IMG/VR virus record: IMGVR_UViG_3300021959_007005
Length of the DNA stretch: 64,000 bases
Strand: one strand, 5' to 3'
Source: a virus
Taxonomy: Duplodnaviria; Caudoviricetes
A program made the translations under genes and the position numbers. Shown one piece after another: positions 45,290 through 54,892 of the stretch. A model generated the notes under the pieces. That model was not told where the DNA came from, made no database searches, and saw only the letters and a list, made by a program, of their open reading frames with translations. Positions within the stretch are counted from its first letter, which is position 1. The number at the start of each line of letters is the position of its first letter.

Positions 45290-45691
45290 ATGTTAGATTC
45301 AGTAGTAAAATTTGAAGATGTAGACGAAACAGTTTTGTGGGACGAATGGTTTGATGAAATTTGTATTCACACCGCTGACCTCCAAGAAGAACTAGGATAC
45401 GACACTATTTGGAGCATTAGCGAAACAGGCTGTGCTGGTCTAGACCATAAGATTTTTAATGGCGAAAACTACTTGGTACATTACCGTTGCATTAAAGAAA
45501 TTAATAGCATGGATGATGTAACATACGTTGGTTATACTGCCGTTGCTAAAGATGGTTCAATTGGAGAGCTTTGGAAAGCTGCTGAAAGTTGCTTCCAACA
45601 AGCCCAAGCACACAACAGTGATTGGCATCACTTCATTGAAGACTTTGAAATGAAAGATGATGGAACACTAGAATTAATTACGGGATCATAA
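45290..45691 (+). CDS. Acidic hypothetical protein
   Basis: AAGGAG RBS; WHHFIEDFE motif. Confidence 0.75.
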   Translation: MLDSVVKFEDVDETVLWDEWFDEICIHTADLQEELGYDTIWSISETGCAGLDHKIFNGENYLVHYRCIKEINSMDDVTYVGYTAVAKDGSIGELWKAAESCFQQAQAHNSDWHHFIEDFEMKDDGTLELITGS

Positions 45692-45699
45692 TTAAGGTG

Positions 45700-45728
45700 T
45701 TGACACTTTAATTGTAACCTGCTAATCT
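45700..45728 (+). promoter_or_regulatory. Sigma70-type early promoter
   Basis: TTGACA-N17-TAATCT, with TGC before the -10. Confidence 0.6.
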
Positions 45729-45759
45729 AGTAAAGTAATATAAAACAGAGGAAAATAAA

Positions 45760-46860
45760 ATGTTAGATACTACTGAAACCCGTAGCGTTAAATTAAGTGA
45801 AGTAAGCAAGTATGCAAAGCATCACTTTAAAACTAAACGTCCCATGTTTGTTTGGGGACCTCCAGGAATCGGAAAATCAGAAACATTTCAACAGATTGTA
45901 GCAGATTACAATAAAAGTGGTAAAAAGGCAAAACTTATTGATTGTCGTTTAGCACTATGGGATCCAACAGATCTCAAAGGTTATCCTTACTATGATCCAG
46001 AATCAAATAAGATGAAATTCAGTGCGCCTGATGAACTTCCAGATGAAGAGATGGCTGCCGAATACGATATTATTGTATTATTCTTAGACGAACTTAATGG
46101 TGCCGCACCAGCAACGCAAGCCGCAGCATATCAGTTGATCCTTAATCGTGCAATTGGTAAATATAAACTGCCAGACAATGTAGTAATTGCCGCGGCAGGC
46201 AACCGTGAGACAGACAAGGGTGTTACATATCGTATGCCTAAGCCACTGGCTAATCGCTTCTTACATTACGAAGTACGTGTAGAATTTCATGATTGGTTTG
46301 ACTGGGCTGTACGTAATCATATACATCCTGATGTTGTAGGATATGTGACTACATTTAAAGAAGATCTTTATAACTTTGATCCAGGCTCAAGTGAGCGTAG
46401 TTTTGCAACACCACGTAGTTGGACTTTTGTAAGTGAAACAATCGAAGACGTAGAAGATTTTACTGAGGAAGAAGTAACTGATATGGTTGCTGCTGGTATT
46501 GGTGAAGGCATTGCACTAAAGTTTAAAGCACATCGTGAGATTGCTGGACAACTTCCTAATCCAAGTGATATACTTTCAGGAAGCGTAACAGAGTTAAATA
46601 CTGATAATATTAGTGCTAAATATAGCTTAACGACTGCACTATGTTACGAACTTAAATCAGCATTTGATAATGATGAAGAAGAGAAGCACAAATGGTTTGA
46701 TAATTTCTTAGCATTTATCCAAGCAAACTTTGAAGCAGAAATGGTTGTTATGGCTACTACTATTGCTCTTAGCAAATATGGTATACGTGTAAAGTTTAAC
46801 CAACTTAATAACTACAAGCCATTTATTGCAAAATATGGAAAACTTATTGAACAGGCGTAA
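45760..46860 (+). CDS. MoxR-family AAA+ ATPase
   Basis: Walker A GPPGIGKS, Walker B LFLDE, AAGN, PLANRF and TPRSW motifs. Confidence 0.9.
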   Translation: MLDTTETRSVKLSEVSKYAKHHFKTKRPMFVWGPPGIGKSETFQQIVADYNKSGKKAKLIDCRLALWDPTDLKGYPYYDPESNKMKFSAPDELPDEEMAAEYDIIVLFLDELNGAAPATQAAAYQLILNRAIGKYKLPDNVVIAAAGNRETDKGVTYRMPKPLANRFLHYEVRVEFHDWFDWAVRNHIHPDVVGYVTTFKEDLYNFDPGSSERSFATPRSWTFVSETIEDVEDFTEEEVTDMVAAGIGEGIALKFKAHREIAGQLPNPSDILSGSVTELNTDNISAKYSLTTALCYELKSAFDNDEEEKHKWFDNFLAFIQANFEAEMVVMATTIALSKYGIRVKFNQLNNYKPFIAKYGKLIEQA

Positions 46861-46862
46861 AA

Positions 46863-47537
46863 ATGCAAACAATTCGATTTAAAAACCCAATACCAGAAAC
46901 AGACTTTGCACCCCAATGGAACTTTACCATTGGGGTTTGGAATTTCTTAGATTCAGATAATCTGAAAATAATTCGTGAATTTCTGATATCAAAAGAAGCA
47001 GATATACTTGACTTACCAAGTAATGGAGACGCTGGTACTGGAGTAGATGACAATTCGATAACTACACGATTTGGATCGTATAACTTATTTGATTTTGTGG
47101 ACCAATGCCCAGAACTAGATATACTTTTGGATTGGTTAAGAACATCATATATGGAATTTATACAACATGAAAGTTCTGAGATATGTGAATGTGAGATTGT
47201 ATGCTGGTACAATATACTCAGAGATGGCGAAGGAATGGATGAACATATACATAATGGTACCAATAATGCGTACCTTAGTGGCAATATTCAAATGAGTGAA
47301 TTTGATACTCAAACAAATTACCGATCTCCAATGTCTGATGAAAATGTACAAATAAATGGGCCAAGTGGTCAATTAATAATGTTTCCTAGTTTTGTACCTC
47401 ATGGTGTGAATCACGAATATCAAGGCGAAAGAATTAGTATAGCATTTGATTTATATCCAACACATTTAATAAATGATAATGGAGGGAGTCATAAAAAATT
47501 TATTGATGAAGATATCTTTAAAAGGTTGACATCATAG
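46863..47537 (+). CDS. Putative Fe/2OG oxygenase (HxH type)
   Basis: WYNIL..GEGMDEHIH, YLSGN, MFPSFVPHGV and RISIAFD motifs. Confidence 0.78.
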   Translation: MQTIRFKNPIPETDFAPQWNFTIGVWNFLDSDNLKIIREFLISKEADILDLPSNGDAGTGVDDNSITTRFGSYNLFDFVDQCPELDILLDWLRTSYMEFIQHESSEICECEIVCWYNILRDGEGMDEHIHNGTNNAYLSGNIQMSEFDTQTNYRSPMSDENVQINGPSGQLIMFPSFVPHGVNHEYQGERISIAFDLYPTHLINDNGGSHKKFIDEDIFKRLTS

Positions 47538-47553
47538 TAAATAATGCTATAAT
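47526..47553 (+). promoter_or_regulatory. Sigma70-type promoter
   Basis: TTGACA-N16-TATAAT, with TGC before the -10. Confidence 0.65.
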
Positions 47554-47581
47554 ATAATGGTAACCAGAACAGGAGTTCATT

Positions 47582-48790
47582 ATGGAATATTCAAACGCTC
47601 GAGAAAAACTGCAAGCCGCACGTATTAAAATGCTATTTCAACAGCCGTTTTTTGGTAACATTGCCTGTCGTTTAACGTTGGTAGAAGAAGATCCAGATGG
47701 TTGGTGCAATACAGCCGCTACAGACGGACGCAACTTTTATTATAATCCAGAATTTGTAATGCAACTGGATATTGAGGAAACTGTATTTCTAGTTGGACAT
47801 GAGCTTGGACATTGTATATATGAACACTTTTTACGTGTAGGAGATCGTAATAAATCGTATTGGAATATGGCTGGCGACTATAAAATTAATGCTATGCTAG
47901 TTAAAGAAAAAATTGGACGTCTTATTACTACAGTAAAAGTACTATTTGATCCGATGTTTGCAAGTGATGATTGGTGGACTGAAACTGTATATGATTATTT
48001 GATGAAGACTAAACCACCAGTTGAAATGCCATTGGATATACATTTGGATATGGATGGTGATGGAGACGGGAATAAACAAGACGGCAAAGCAAAAGGCAAA
48101 CCTACTATTAGTAAGGAAGACGCTAAAGCAATTAGTGACGAACTTAAAAATGCAGTTATACAAGCGGCACAGGCAGTAGGTGCAGGAAATGTACCAGCAG
48201 ATATTAAGCGGATGATTGGACAACTTACTGCACCTAAGATGGATTGGCGGCAATTAATTCGTGTTAGTTTAGAAAGTAATGTTCAAAGTGATTTTACTTT
48301 TATGACACCAAATCGTAAAAGTCAGTTTAGCAGTTGCGTAATTCCAGGTATGGTAAATGATCAAGAGATTGATATCTGCATTGCACTGGATGTAAGTGGT
48401 TCTATTAGTATGCGAGACATAACTGACTTCATGAGTGAAGTACAAGGAATTATGGATCAGTTTACTAGCTATAAAATTCGGGTATGGTGTTTTGATACTA
48501 ATGTTACTGGTTATGATGAATTTACAAGTGATGATGGTCGTAGTATTACTGAATATCAGATTAGAGGTGGCGGAGGCACTGACTTTGTTGCTAATTGGGA
48601 TTATATGAAAAAACATGATATCGAACCAGATCAGTTTATTATGTTTACAGATGGTGAGCCTTGGAGAAGTTGGGGCGATAAAGACTACTGTGATACTATA
48701 TTCCTTATTAAAAATAGCTTTAGTAAGCCAGTAGCACCATTTGGTCAAAGTGTATATTATGAAAGTGCAAAAGTTAAAGAAGCAGCATGA
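47582..48790 (+). CDS. Metallopeptidase-like (DUF2201) plus vWA domain protein, MoxR partner
   Basis: TAATDG, HELGH (HExxH), MIDAS DVSGS, GGGGTDF and MFTDG motifs. Confidence 0.88.
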   Translation: MEYSNAREKLQAARIKMLFQQPFFGNIACRLTLVEEDPDGWCNTAATDGRNFYYNPEFVMQLDIEETVFLVGHELGHCIYEHFLRVGDRNKSYWNMAGDYKINAMLVKEKIGRLITTVKVLFDPMFASDDWWTETVYDYLMKTKPPVEMPLDIHLDMDGDGDGNKQDGKAKGKPTISKEDAKAISDELKNAVIQAAQAVGAGNVPADIKRMIGQLTAPKMDWRQLIRVSLESNVQSDFTFMTPNRKSQFSSCVIPGMVNDQEIDICIALDVSGSISMRDITDFMSEVQGIMDQFTSYKIRVWCFDTNVTGYDEFTSDDGRSITEYQIRGGGGTDFVANWDYMKKHDIEPDQFIMFTDGEPWRSWGDKDYCDTIFLIKNSFSKPVAPFGQSVYYESAKVKEAA

Positions 48791-49095
48791 TGCATTGGGT
48801 AGTATGGTCATACGAAGAGTATAACAGATACCATTTTGAATATCGCCAGCAAGATATTCAAAATGCGTATTCTGAGAGTATGAAAGTTAAAGTTTTAGAG
48901 AGGTTTCTAAAATCTGATCTTGCAGATTTTTATGTGGACATGGGAATACCGTTAACAGTTGAAGAGCGTGTTACATTAGGATCAGATCCAAAAAAACTAT
49001 TGTTTGAAGTGATAGCACACACTATTACTGAAGAACAGACTAATCGAACGAGAGAAAAACGTATAACGGATAAATTAATTAATGCGTATAATTGA
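48787..49095 (+). CDS. Hypothetical protein
   Basis: ORF in the operon. Confidence 0.65.
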   Translation: MMHWVVWSYEEYNRYHFEYRQQDIQNAYSESMKVKVLERFLKSDLADFYVDMGIPLTVEERVTLGSDPKKLLFEVIAHTITEEQTNRTREKRITDKLINAYN

Positions 49096-49360
49096 ACAAC
49101 AATTTAGTTTAAGTGATGATGATCTAGGACTACTCGCTGGTACTAAAATTTTAGAGGCAATGCTTAAACAACGATTAATTATAGAATTTGATGAAACACC
49201 AAATATTGAAGAAATTGATTTTGCAGGATGTACTGGATTTTATCATGCAAGAGTATTAGGTAAAAAAAGATACCAATTTTGGTTTGAAAAAAAACAAGAT
49301 TATGATTGTTTTAGAGAAAATATGATAGCATATAAATTGTCCAATTCAATCGAATCCTAG
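49082..49360 (+). CDS. Hypothetical protein
   Basis: ORF in the operon. Confidence 0.65.
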   Translation: MRIIEQQFSLSDDDLGLLAGTKILEAMLKQRLIIEFDETPNIEEIDFAGCTGFYHARVLGKKRYQFWFEKKQDYDCFRENMIAYKLSNSIES

Positions 49361-49405
49361 ATGGATAAATAACTACGTATATAACTTATAAGGAATATAA
49401 AAAAA

Positions 49406-49657
49406 ATGAATGACGAAGTTCAAACAGATAACAATAAGCAAGAAGCTGAAGTGCCAACACCAGGTGATCAACCGTCTACGGAAAATGTAACATTGGGTGT
49501 TGGAGATCTTCAAAATGCAATTCAAATAATTGATATTGCAATGACCAGAGGTGCATTCCGTGCTAATGAAGCAGCGCAAATTGGTACAGTATTTGATAAA
49601 CTCACAAAGTTTGTTGCAAGTGTACAAAATAGCATGAATGCTGATGATAACACTTAA
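49406..49657 (+). CDS. Hypothetical protein
   Basis: Preceded by ATAAATA and an AAGGA RBS. Confidence 0.75.
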   Translation: MNDEVQTDNNKQEAEVPTPGDQPSTENVTLGVGDLQNAIQIIDIAMTRGAFRANEAAQIGTVFDKLTKFVASVQNSMNADDNT

Positions 49658-49669
49658 AGGAGAGTTATA

Positions 49670-50320
49670 ATGGCGAATAAAAAACATATTGGAAAAGTCA
49701 AGAACACAGGACTAAATTGTGTTGTTGTATTTAGAGCAATTTATGACGAGCGTGGGAATATCCAAGACGATACACACTGCTTGGTTCTTGAAACTGACAG
49801 ATTGCCAGACATGGAACATGACGATATTGTTCGTGTATGTGAAAGCATAAACGGGCAGGAAGCAAAAGAATTCTATGAAATTGCTTCACGCCAACAGTTT
49901 AGTGACGGTAGTCCAATGTTACAAAAATTACACAAAATGGGTTGGCTTAAAAAACATTCCACTGATAACATTTTAATGACACCAAATAGTAGTACTAGTG
50001 TTCTACTAAGTGAAGTTAACGAAATTATTAAAAAAAGTGCTAGTGGTATGTCGCCAAACGATATTAAAAATAGTATGGTTGATGACACAGACAGTGCGCC
50101 AAGATCACAAACTAGTCTAAATACACAACCTAGTGGTGAAGCAGTTCCTTCAAATGAAGGAGTACTTGACGATAGTGCGATTGCAAAAAGTATGTTAACA
50201 CAAGCAGAAACATTCCTGTCAGAAGCAGCAAGACTCAAAGAAGAAGCATTTACTATGGATCCAAGTTTAAAACCCAAGCGAGGACGCAAGCCGAAGGCTG
50301 TAGTTGATGCCAGTTCATAA
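49670..50320 (+). CDS. Hypothetical protein with C-terminal AT-hook-like motif
   Basis: AAGGAG RBS; ends in KPKRGRKPK. Confidence 0.75.
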   Translation: MANKKHIGKVKNTGLNCVVVFRAIYDERGNIQDDTHCLVLETDRLPDMEHDDIVRVCESINGQEAKEFYEIASRQQFSDGSPMLQKLHKMGWLKKHSTDNILMTPNSSTSVLLSEVNEIIKKSASGMSPNDIKNSMVDDTDSAPRSQTSLNTQPSGEAVPSNEGVLDDSAIAKSMLTQAETFLSEAARLKEEAFTMDPSLKPKRGRKPKAVVDASS

Positions 50321-50642
50321 AAGAGACAGAAACTTTCAAAATATTGTTCGTGATTTAAGTATTAGTAGTGTTCCAGCAGATTACATTCAATCGCTTAGTC
50401 TGATTACTATAGATGGAGATAAGATCACATTTCAAGGAGAAGATATTAGTTTAAATATTGAATCTGATAATCAAACTGACGTAGTTAGTCTTCTAATTGC
50501 TATGGTTGAAGAAAATGGTGATATTTCAGATGAAATAGCAGATGTTGAAATTATTATTGATTATAAAAAACTTGAAACCGATATTGCAGATCTTACCAAT
50601 AAATTATTAAAGGCAAATAAAAATGACAGTAAAACTAGTTAG
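50304..50642 (+). CDS. Acidic hypothetical protein
   Basis: ORF in the operon. Confidence 0.65.
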   Translation: MMPVHKRDRNFQNIVRDLSISSVPADYIQSLSLITIDGDKITFQGEDISLNIESDNQTDVVSLLIAMVEENGDISDEIADVEIIIDYKKLETDIADLTNKLLKANKNDSKTS

Positions 50643-51288
50643 CTATTCAAAAGCTACAGAAGACTTTGCAGCAGAAGGTCTATCAGATCTCCAAGAGCTT
50701 ATTGCATTTTGTGCAAAAGTATCAAACCCTTCGGCGCAGATTAATACTGAAACAAGTGAACGACTGATTAGATATCTAATTAAACACCAACATTGGTCAC
50801 CATTAGAGATGGTTAATGCTACACTTGAAATCAACACTACCAGAGACATTGCACACCAAATTGTGCGACATCGAAGTTTTGCATTTCAAGAGTTCAGTCA
50901 ACGCTACGCTAATCCAGCAGAGTTTGGTGAAATGTTTGTCACCAGAGAAGCACGCCTGCAGGACACTAAGAATAGACAAAACAGTGTAGAGATCGATAGT
51001 GACGAAGATATTCACTATGCTTGGGCTGATAAACAACAAGAAGTGATCGACAAAGCTCGAGAAGTATATGACTGGGCGATTGCCGCCGGTATTGCAAAAG
51101 AACAGGCAAGGGTCGTGTTGCCCGAAGGAAATACCAAGACAAGATTATATATGAATGGAACCATCCGCAGTTGGGTACATTATATTGACTTACGTGGTGC
51201 AAATGGTACACAAAAAGAACACATGGATATCGCTCATGCATGTGCTAAAGTTATTGCTGATATCTTTCCGCTTATGAACGAACTATAA
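50623..51288 (+). CDS. thyX: Flavin-dependent thymidylate synthase
   Basis: HWSPLE and RHRSFAFQEFSQRY motifs. Confidence 0.95.
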   Translation: MTVKLVSYSKATEDFAAEGLSDLQELIAFCAKVSNPSAQINTETSERLIRYLIKHQHWSPLEMVNATLEINTTRDIAHQIVRHRSFAFQEFSQRYANPAEFGEMFVTREARLQDTKNRQNSVEIDSDEDIHYAWADKQQEVIDKAREVYDWAIAAGIAKEQARVVLPEGNTKTRLYMNGTIRSWVHYIDLRGANGTQKEHMDIAHACAKVIADIFPLMNEL

Positions 51289-51298
51289 AGGAAAAGCT

Positions 51299-51880
51299 GT
51301 GGGCGTTTTTGAAACAGTAGTACTAAGTTACATAATTTATATGGCTGTTGCATTGTATGGAATCACACGTGGTTATCATAGATGCTTTAGTCATCGAGAG
51401 ATTAGTACATCAGTTGTACAAGAAACGCTCATGCTATATTGTGGACTACTGTGTGGGGTTAGAAGCCCGCTAGCATGGGCTGGCTTACATCGTATGCATC
51501 ACGCATATAGTGACACTGAACTAGACCCACACAGTCCCATACTAATGTCCAAATGGCGAGTGTTCTTTAGTGTGTACAAAGTACCAAATATACCAAGAAA
51601 ATTTATCAAAGACTTATTGCGCAATCCACGAGTTATGTTCTTTCACAAACACGGAAAAATTATATGGATTGCACATTTTGTAATCACTTATTTTGTATTT
51701 GGACCCATAGCTATTGCTGTAAACTTTTTAATAATCTTTTACAGTTATATTGGATACGGTGTACTCAACACGTTTGGACATGACAACAATGGTCCAGTTA
51801 ATAGGTTTTGGATTAATTTAATTGCACCGTTTGAGGGCCAACACAGAGATCATCATGAAAGAAGCCATATTAAATCTTAG
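51299..51880 (+). CDS. Membrane fatty acid desaturase-like protein (delta-9 type)
   Basis: His boxes HRCFSH, HRMHH and HRDHH; GTG start. Confidence 0.85.
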   Translation: MGVFETVVLSYIIYMAVALYGITRGYHRCFSHREISTSVVQETLMLYCGLLCGVRSPLAWAGLHRMHHAYSDTELDPHSPILMSKWRVFFSVYKVPNIPRKFIKDLLRNPRVMFFHKHGKIIWIAHFVITYFVFGPIAIAVNFLIIFYSYIGYGVLNTFGHDNNGPVNRFWINLIAPFEGQHRDHHERSHIKS

Positions 51881-52604
51881 CACTGCAATACGCACACCAG
51901 TATTACCAGAAGTAAAAGATACAATAAAACATATACCAATAGACTACGACGGTGTTGTAAAATACAGCACCAATATTTGTGAGTGGCTCAAGCCAGTAAT
52001 TGATCTCAGTAATTATCATGTGTATCCAAGAAATGGTATTACGGAAGGGTTAGACTGGTGGTACAACCAAGAATCCAGAAGTGTATACATGGATAACGGC
52101 GATTACCAATGGATAAATCCTAGGGGTAATATGTACGATGAAAGTGTAAAGTACCAAAGCATACCCAGTAGTATTGACGGAAACTGGAGAGCAACTACAG
52201 GCGAAATACTTGACCTTGCATATGTTGGCAGTACAAGTATACAAAAGATTGATCACGATGCAGATATAGTTTTTTACAGTTTGAGCAAAAGTTTTGGTGT
52301 ACGCAACATCAGAACTGGATGGATATTTACACGTATGCCAGATGCGAAACTAGAAGCACTTACTCACAGTGCAAAATATTACAACTACTATGCTCACAGT
52401 GTTGCAGAAAATATCATAAGTAACTATGACATAGACTATGTTCACAGAAGATTACACAGTCAACAAGTAGATGTATGCAAGAAACTTGATATTATAGCCA
52501 GTGACAGTGTGTGGCTTGCTACCAGCACACATGATGATTATAGTAAATTTAGACGTAACGGAAATGTAGCAAGAGTCTGTTTAGCAGGAGTATATGAATT
52601 ATGA
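51855..52604 (+). CDS. PLP-dependent aminotransferase-like protein (fold type I)
   Basis: DLAY and FYSLSKSFG..RTGW motifs; start probably at 51855. Confidence 0.7.
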   Translation: MKEAILNLSTAIRTPVLPEVKDTIKHIPIDYDGVVKYSTNICEWLKPVIDLSNYHVYPRNGITEGLDWWYNQESRSVYMDNGDYQWINPRGNMYDESVKYQSIPSSIDGNWRATTGEILDLAYVGSTSIQKIDHDADIVFYSLSKSFGVRNIRTGWIFTRMPDAKLEALTHSAKYYNYYAHSVAENIISNYDIDYVHRRLHSQQVDVCKKLDIIASDSVWLATSTHDDYSKFRRNGNVARVCLAGVYEL

Positions 52605-53212
52605 GAAAACACCAATTGCCAAGTATGGCTAATTTAAACTTAGATATTGATTTAAATAAATTGCAAGGAGAAATGATTAGACTTGCTGAAAAGTTTGTAG
52701 ATGTACGCACTGCGAATCCAATGTTGTGTGATAATCACATGGAACTTGTTGATAGTGTATACGATAACTTTGAACAAATTAATCTAACAACACCTAGTGA
52801 AATATTACCTTACGAAGCAAGTATTAAAGAACGTATCAGGCGCAGAGAAGAACACTTATACAATATTCCTACACCAGAATACAAAGGCAGTTACTTTGAA
52901 GAAATAGTAACACAACTTAAAGCACCTGCAAGTCGTGTGCGTATTACAAAACTAGCACCAGGAAAAACTATTCCGTTTCACGTAGACTATGATGTGAACT
53001 ATGCTGTTAGATGCATTGTTCCTATTTACGGAGACAAGAATGTTGTTAATTTGTTTAGGCGTGACAGGGAATTAGAAGCATATAATTTAGAAAACGGCAA
53101 TGCATATTTTCTAAACATAGGATATCCACATGCTGTTGTTAACATGAGTAAACATGCTAGAATTGCGCTGATGTTTAGTTTGGATGGTACAGATGATCTG
53201 GAAGCTCTGTGA
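52601..53212 (+). CDS. Asp/Asn beta-hydroxylase-family Fe/2OG oxygenase
   Basis: RVRITKLAPGKTIPFHVD, YPHAVVN and RIALM motifs. Confidence 0.8.
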   Translation: MRKHQLPSMANLNLDIDLNKLQGEMIRLAEKFVDVRTANPMLCDNHMELVDSVYDNFEQINLTTPSEILPYEASIKERIRRREEHLYNIPTPEYKGSYFEEIVTQLKAPASRVRITKLAPGKTIPFHVDYDVNYAVRCIVPIYGDKNVVNLFRRDRELEAYNLENGNAYFLNIGYPHAVVNMSKHARIALMFSLDGTDDLEAL

Positions 53213-53675
53213 AATAGATCCATATATAGCTGACATCGAGGATCTGTTTTCTAAAAATGCCGATCACAAACATGCACAGAATTATAGTAAGTATCCGTTG
53301 TTTCAGCACACTGTATTTGCTCGTATGGGATGGGATCAAGGGCGTATGGTTTACTACAGTGCAGCCGTAGAGCGTCCAGAGTATAACGGAAGTATAAGAA
53401 TAATTTGCAGACATACTAGAGATAGAGAATACAACTTTGGAGGATGGCGGGCTGATTTAAAGCGTGGACTAGAAACATTAGACAAGCTAACCCTTCGTGC
53501 CAAAGACCTGGGATATACTGATATATGGGTAAGCAGAGAAGAATCACCCGAGCTACTACACTACTTTGCTGAACATAGTAAATACTCATGGAATGTAACG
53601 CACCAACCTATGCCTGGAAGCGAAAACTGGAATACAGGAGTACAACATCAATATGTCTTACGAATACAAACTTAA
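53184..53675 (+). CDS. Hypothetical protein, possibly GNAT-like
   Basis: GLETLDKLTLRAKDLGYTDIWVSRE resembles a GNAT motif A/B region. Confidence 0.4.
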   Translation: MVQMIWKLCEIDPYIADIEDLFSKNADHKHAQNYSKYPLFQHTVFARMGWDQGRMVYYSAAVERPEYNGSIRIICRHTRDREYNFGGWRADLKRGLETLDKLTLRAKDLGYTDIWVSREESPELLHYFAEHSKYSWNVTHQPMPGSENWNTGVQHQYVLRIQT

Positions 53676-54405
53676 ACTAATACTACTAGCAAATCATCTA
53701 GCACTAGTACTTGGCTTACTATATGCTGACTGGACATGGCTTGCTTTAAGTTTTGTAGGTTGGATATTATTTGGTAAAGTAGGAGGTGAAATTGCACTAC
53801 ATAGATATCTATGTCATAACAGTTTTAAAACAGGGTGGATTAGACATCGTTTGCTGATAGCTCTAAGTGTATTCAATTGTTTTGGATCTCCTGTGGCTTG
53901 GTGCGGCATACATCGTAAACATCATGCTAAAAGTGAAGGACCAGATGATCCACACGGCGGTCAATCAGGTTGGCGTATATGGAGTACATTTTGGGAACCA
54001 TTTACAATCGAAAGAAGATATGTAGTTGACCTTGTACGTGACCCTACTATCAAACTAGTACATAAACATTATCTAAAAATACTTTTAACTAGCTATGCAG
54101 TGGTAGCACTTATTGATTGGCGTATTGCGGTATTTTTGATCAGCGTTCCTGCTACACTAACATTTCACAGTGCTGGACTAGTAAATGTGTTTTGTCACAA
54201 GTGGGGATACAGACACTACGATACACCAGACCATAGCACAAACAACACATGGGTTAACTTGTTAACACTTGGTAGTGGATTACATAACACACATCATGCA
54301 AAGCCAAAGGCGTGGGATAATCGTGTTAAATGGTGGGAAATAGATTTACCTGCTATAATCATAAAATATTTGTTAATCAATGACTCAAAAACTCAAACTA
54401 CTTAA
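53653..54405 (+). CDS. Membrane fatty acid desaturase-like protein (delta-9 type)
   Basis: His boxes HRYLCH, HRKHH and HNTHH; DDPH motif. Confidence 0.88.
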   Translation: MSYEYKLKLILLANHLALVLGLLYADWTWLALSFVGWILFGKVGGEIALHRYLCHNSFKTGWIRHRLLIALSVFNCFGSPVAWCGIHRKHHAKSEGPDDPHGGQSGWRIWSTFWEPFTIERRYVVDLVRDPTIKLVHKHYLKILLTSYAVVALIDWRIAVFLISVPATLTFHSAGLVNVFCHKWGYRHYDTPDHSTNNTWVNLLTLGSGLHNTHHAKPKAWDNRVKWWEIDLPAIIIKYLLINDSKTQTT

Positions 54406-54892
54406 TCAAATAGCTGAAAAATACAACTACAGCCTTAGTCACTTTTTAGTGCCTACAACTCAACGACAGGGATTACAAGGAGTGGGTAGATTCAGTGACG
54501 ACAATATTTCTCCGGATACATTAATAGCTATTATAGGTGGCGTCATAGTAGATGAGCCAGATCAAATGATATGCATGCCAATTGGTAATAAATTATATTT
54601 ACATCAAGTACACTCATTGTTTAGAGCAACAACTAATCACAGTTGTGAACCAAACTGCCGCATACGTGGATTTAATGAACTTGTTAGTTTTATAGACATC
54701 AGTCCAGGCGAAGAACTTACAATTGATTATGGCACAGTTAGTGTTGGTGACGGAAAAACTATTATTGATAAGTGTACGTGTGGTAGTAAATACTGTAGAG
54801 CCACAATACGTACAGATGATTATAAACAATTGCCTAAAGTATTACTTGCTGCTTATCCAAGATATATGAGAGACAAAAATGTGGATGATTGA
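54380..54892 (+). CDS. SET-domain methyltransferase with post-SET
   Basis: NHSCEPNC, GEELTIDY and CTCGSKYC motifs. Confidence 0.88.
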   Translation: MTQKLKLLNQIAEKYNYSLSHFLVPTTQRQGLQGVGRFSDDNISPDTLIAIIGGVIVDEPDQMICMPIGNKLYLHQVHSLFRATTNHSCEPNCRIRGFNELVSFIDISPGEELTIDYGTVSVGDGKTIIDKCTCGSKYCRATIRTDDYKQLPKVLLAAYPRYMRDKNVDD

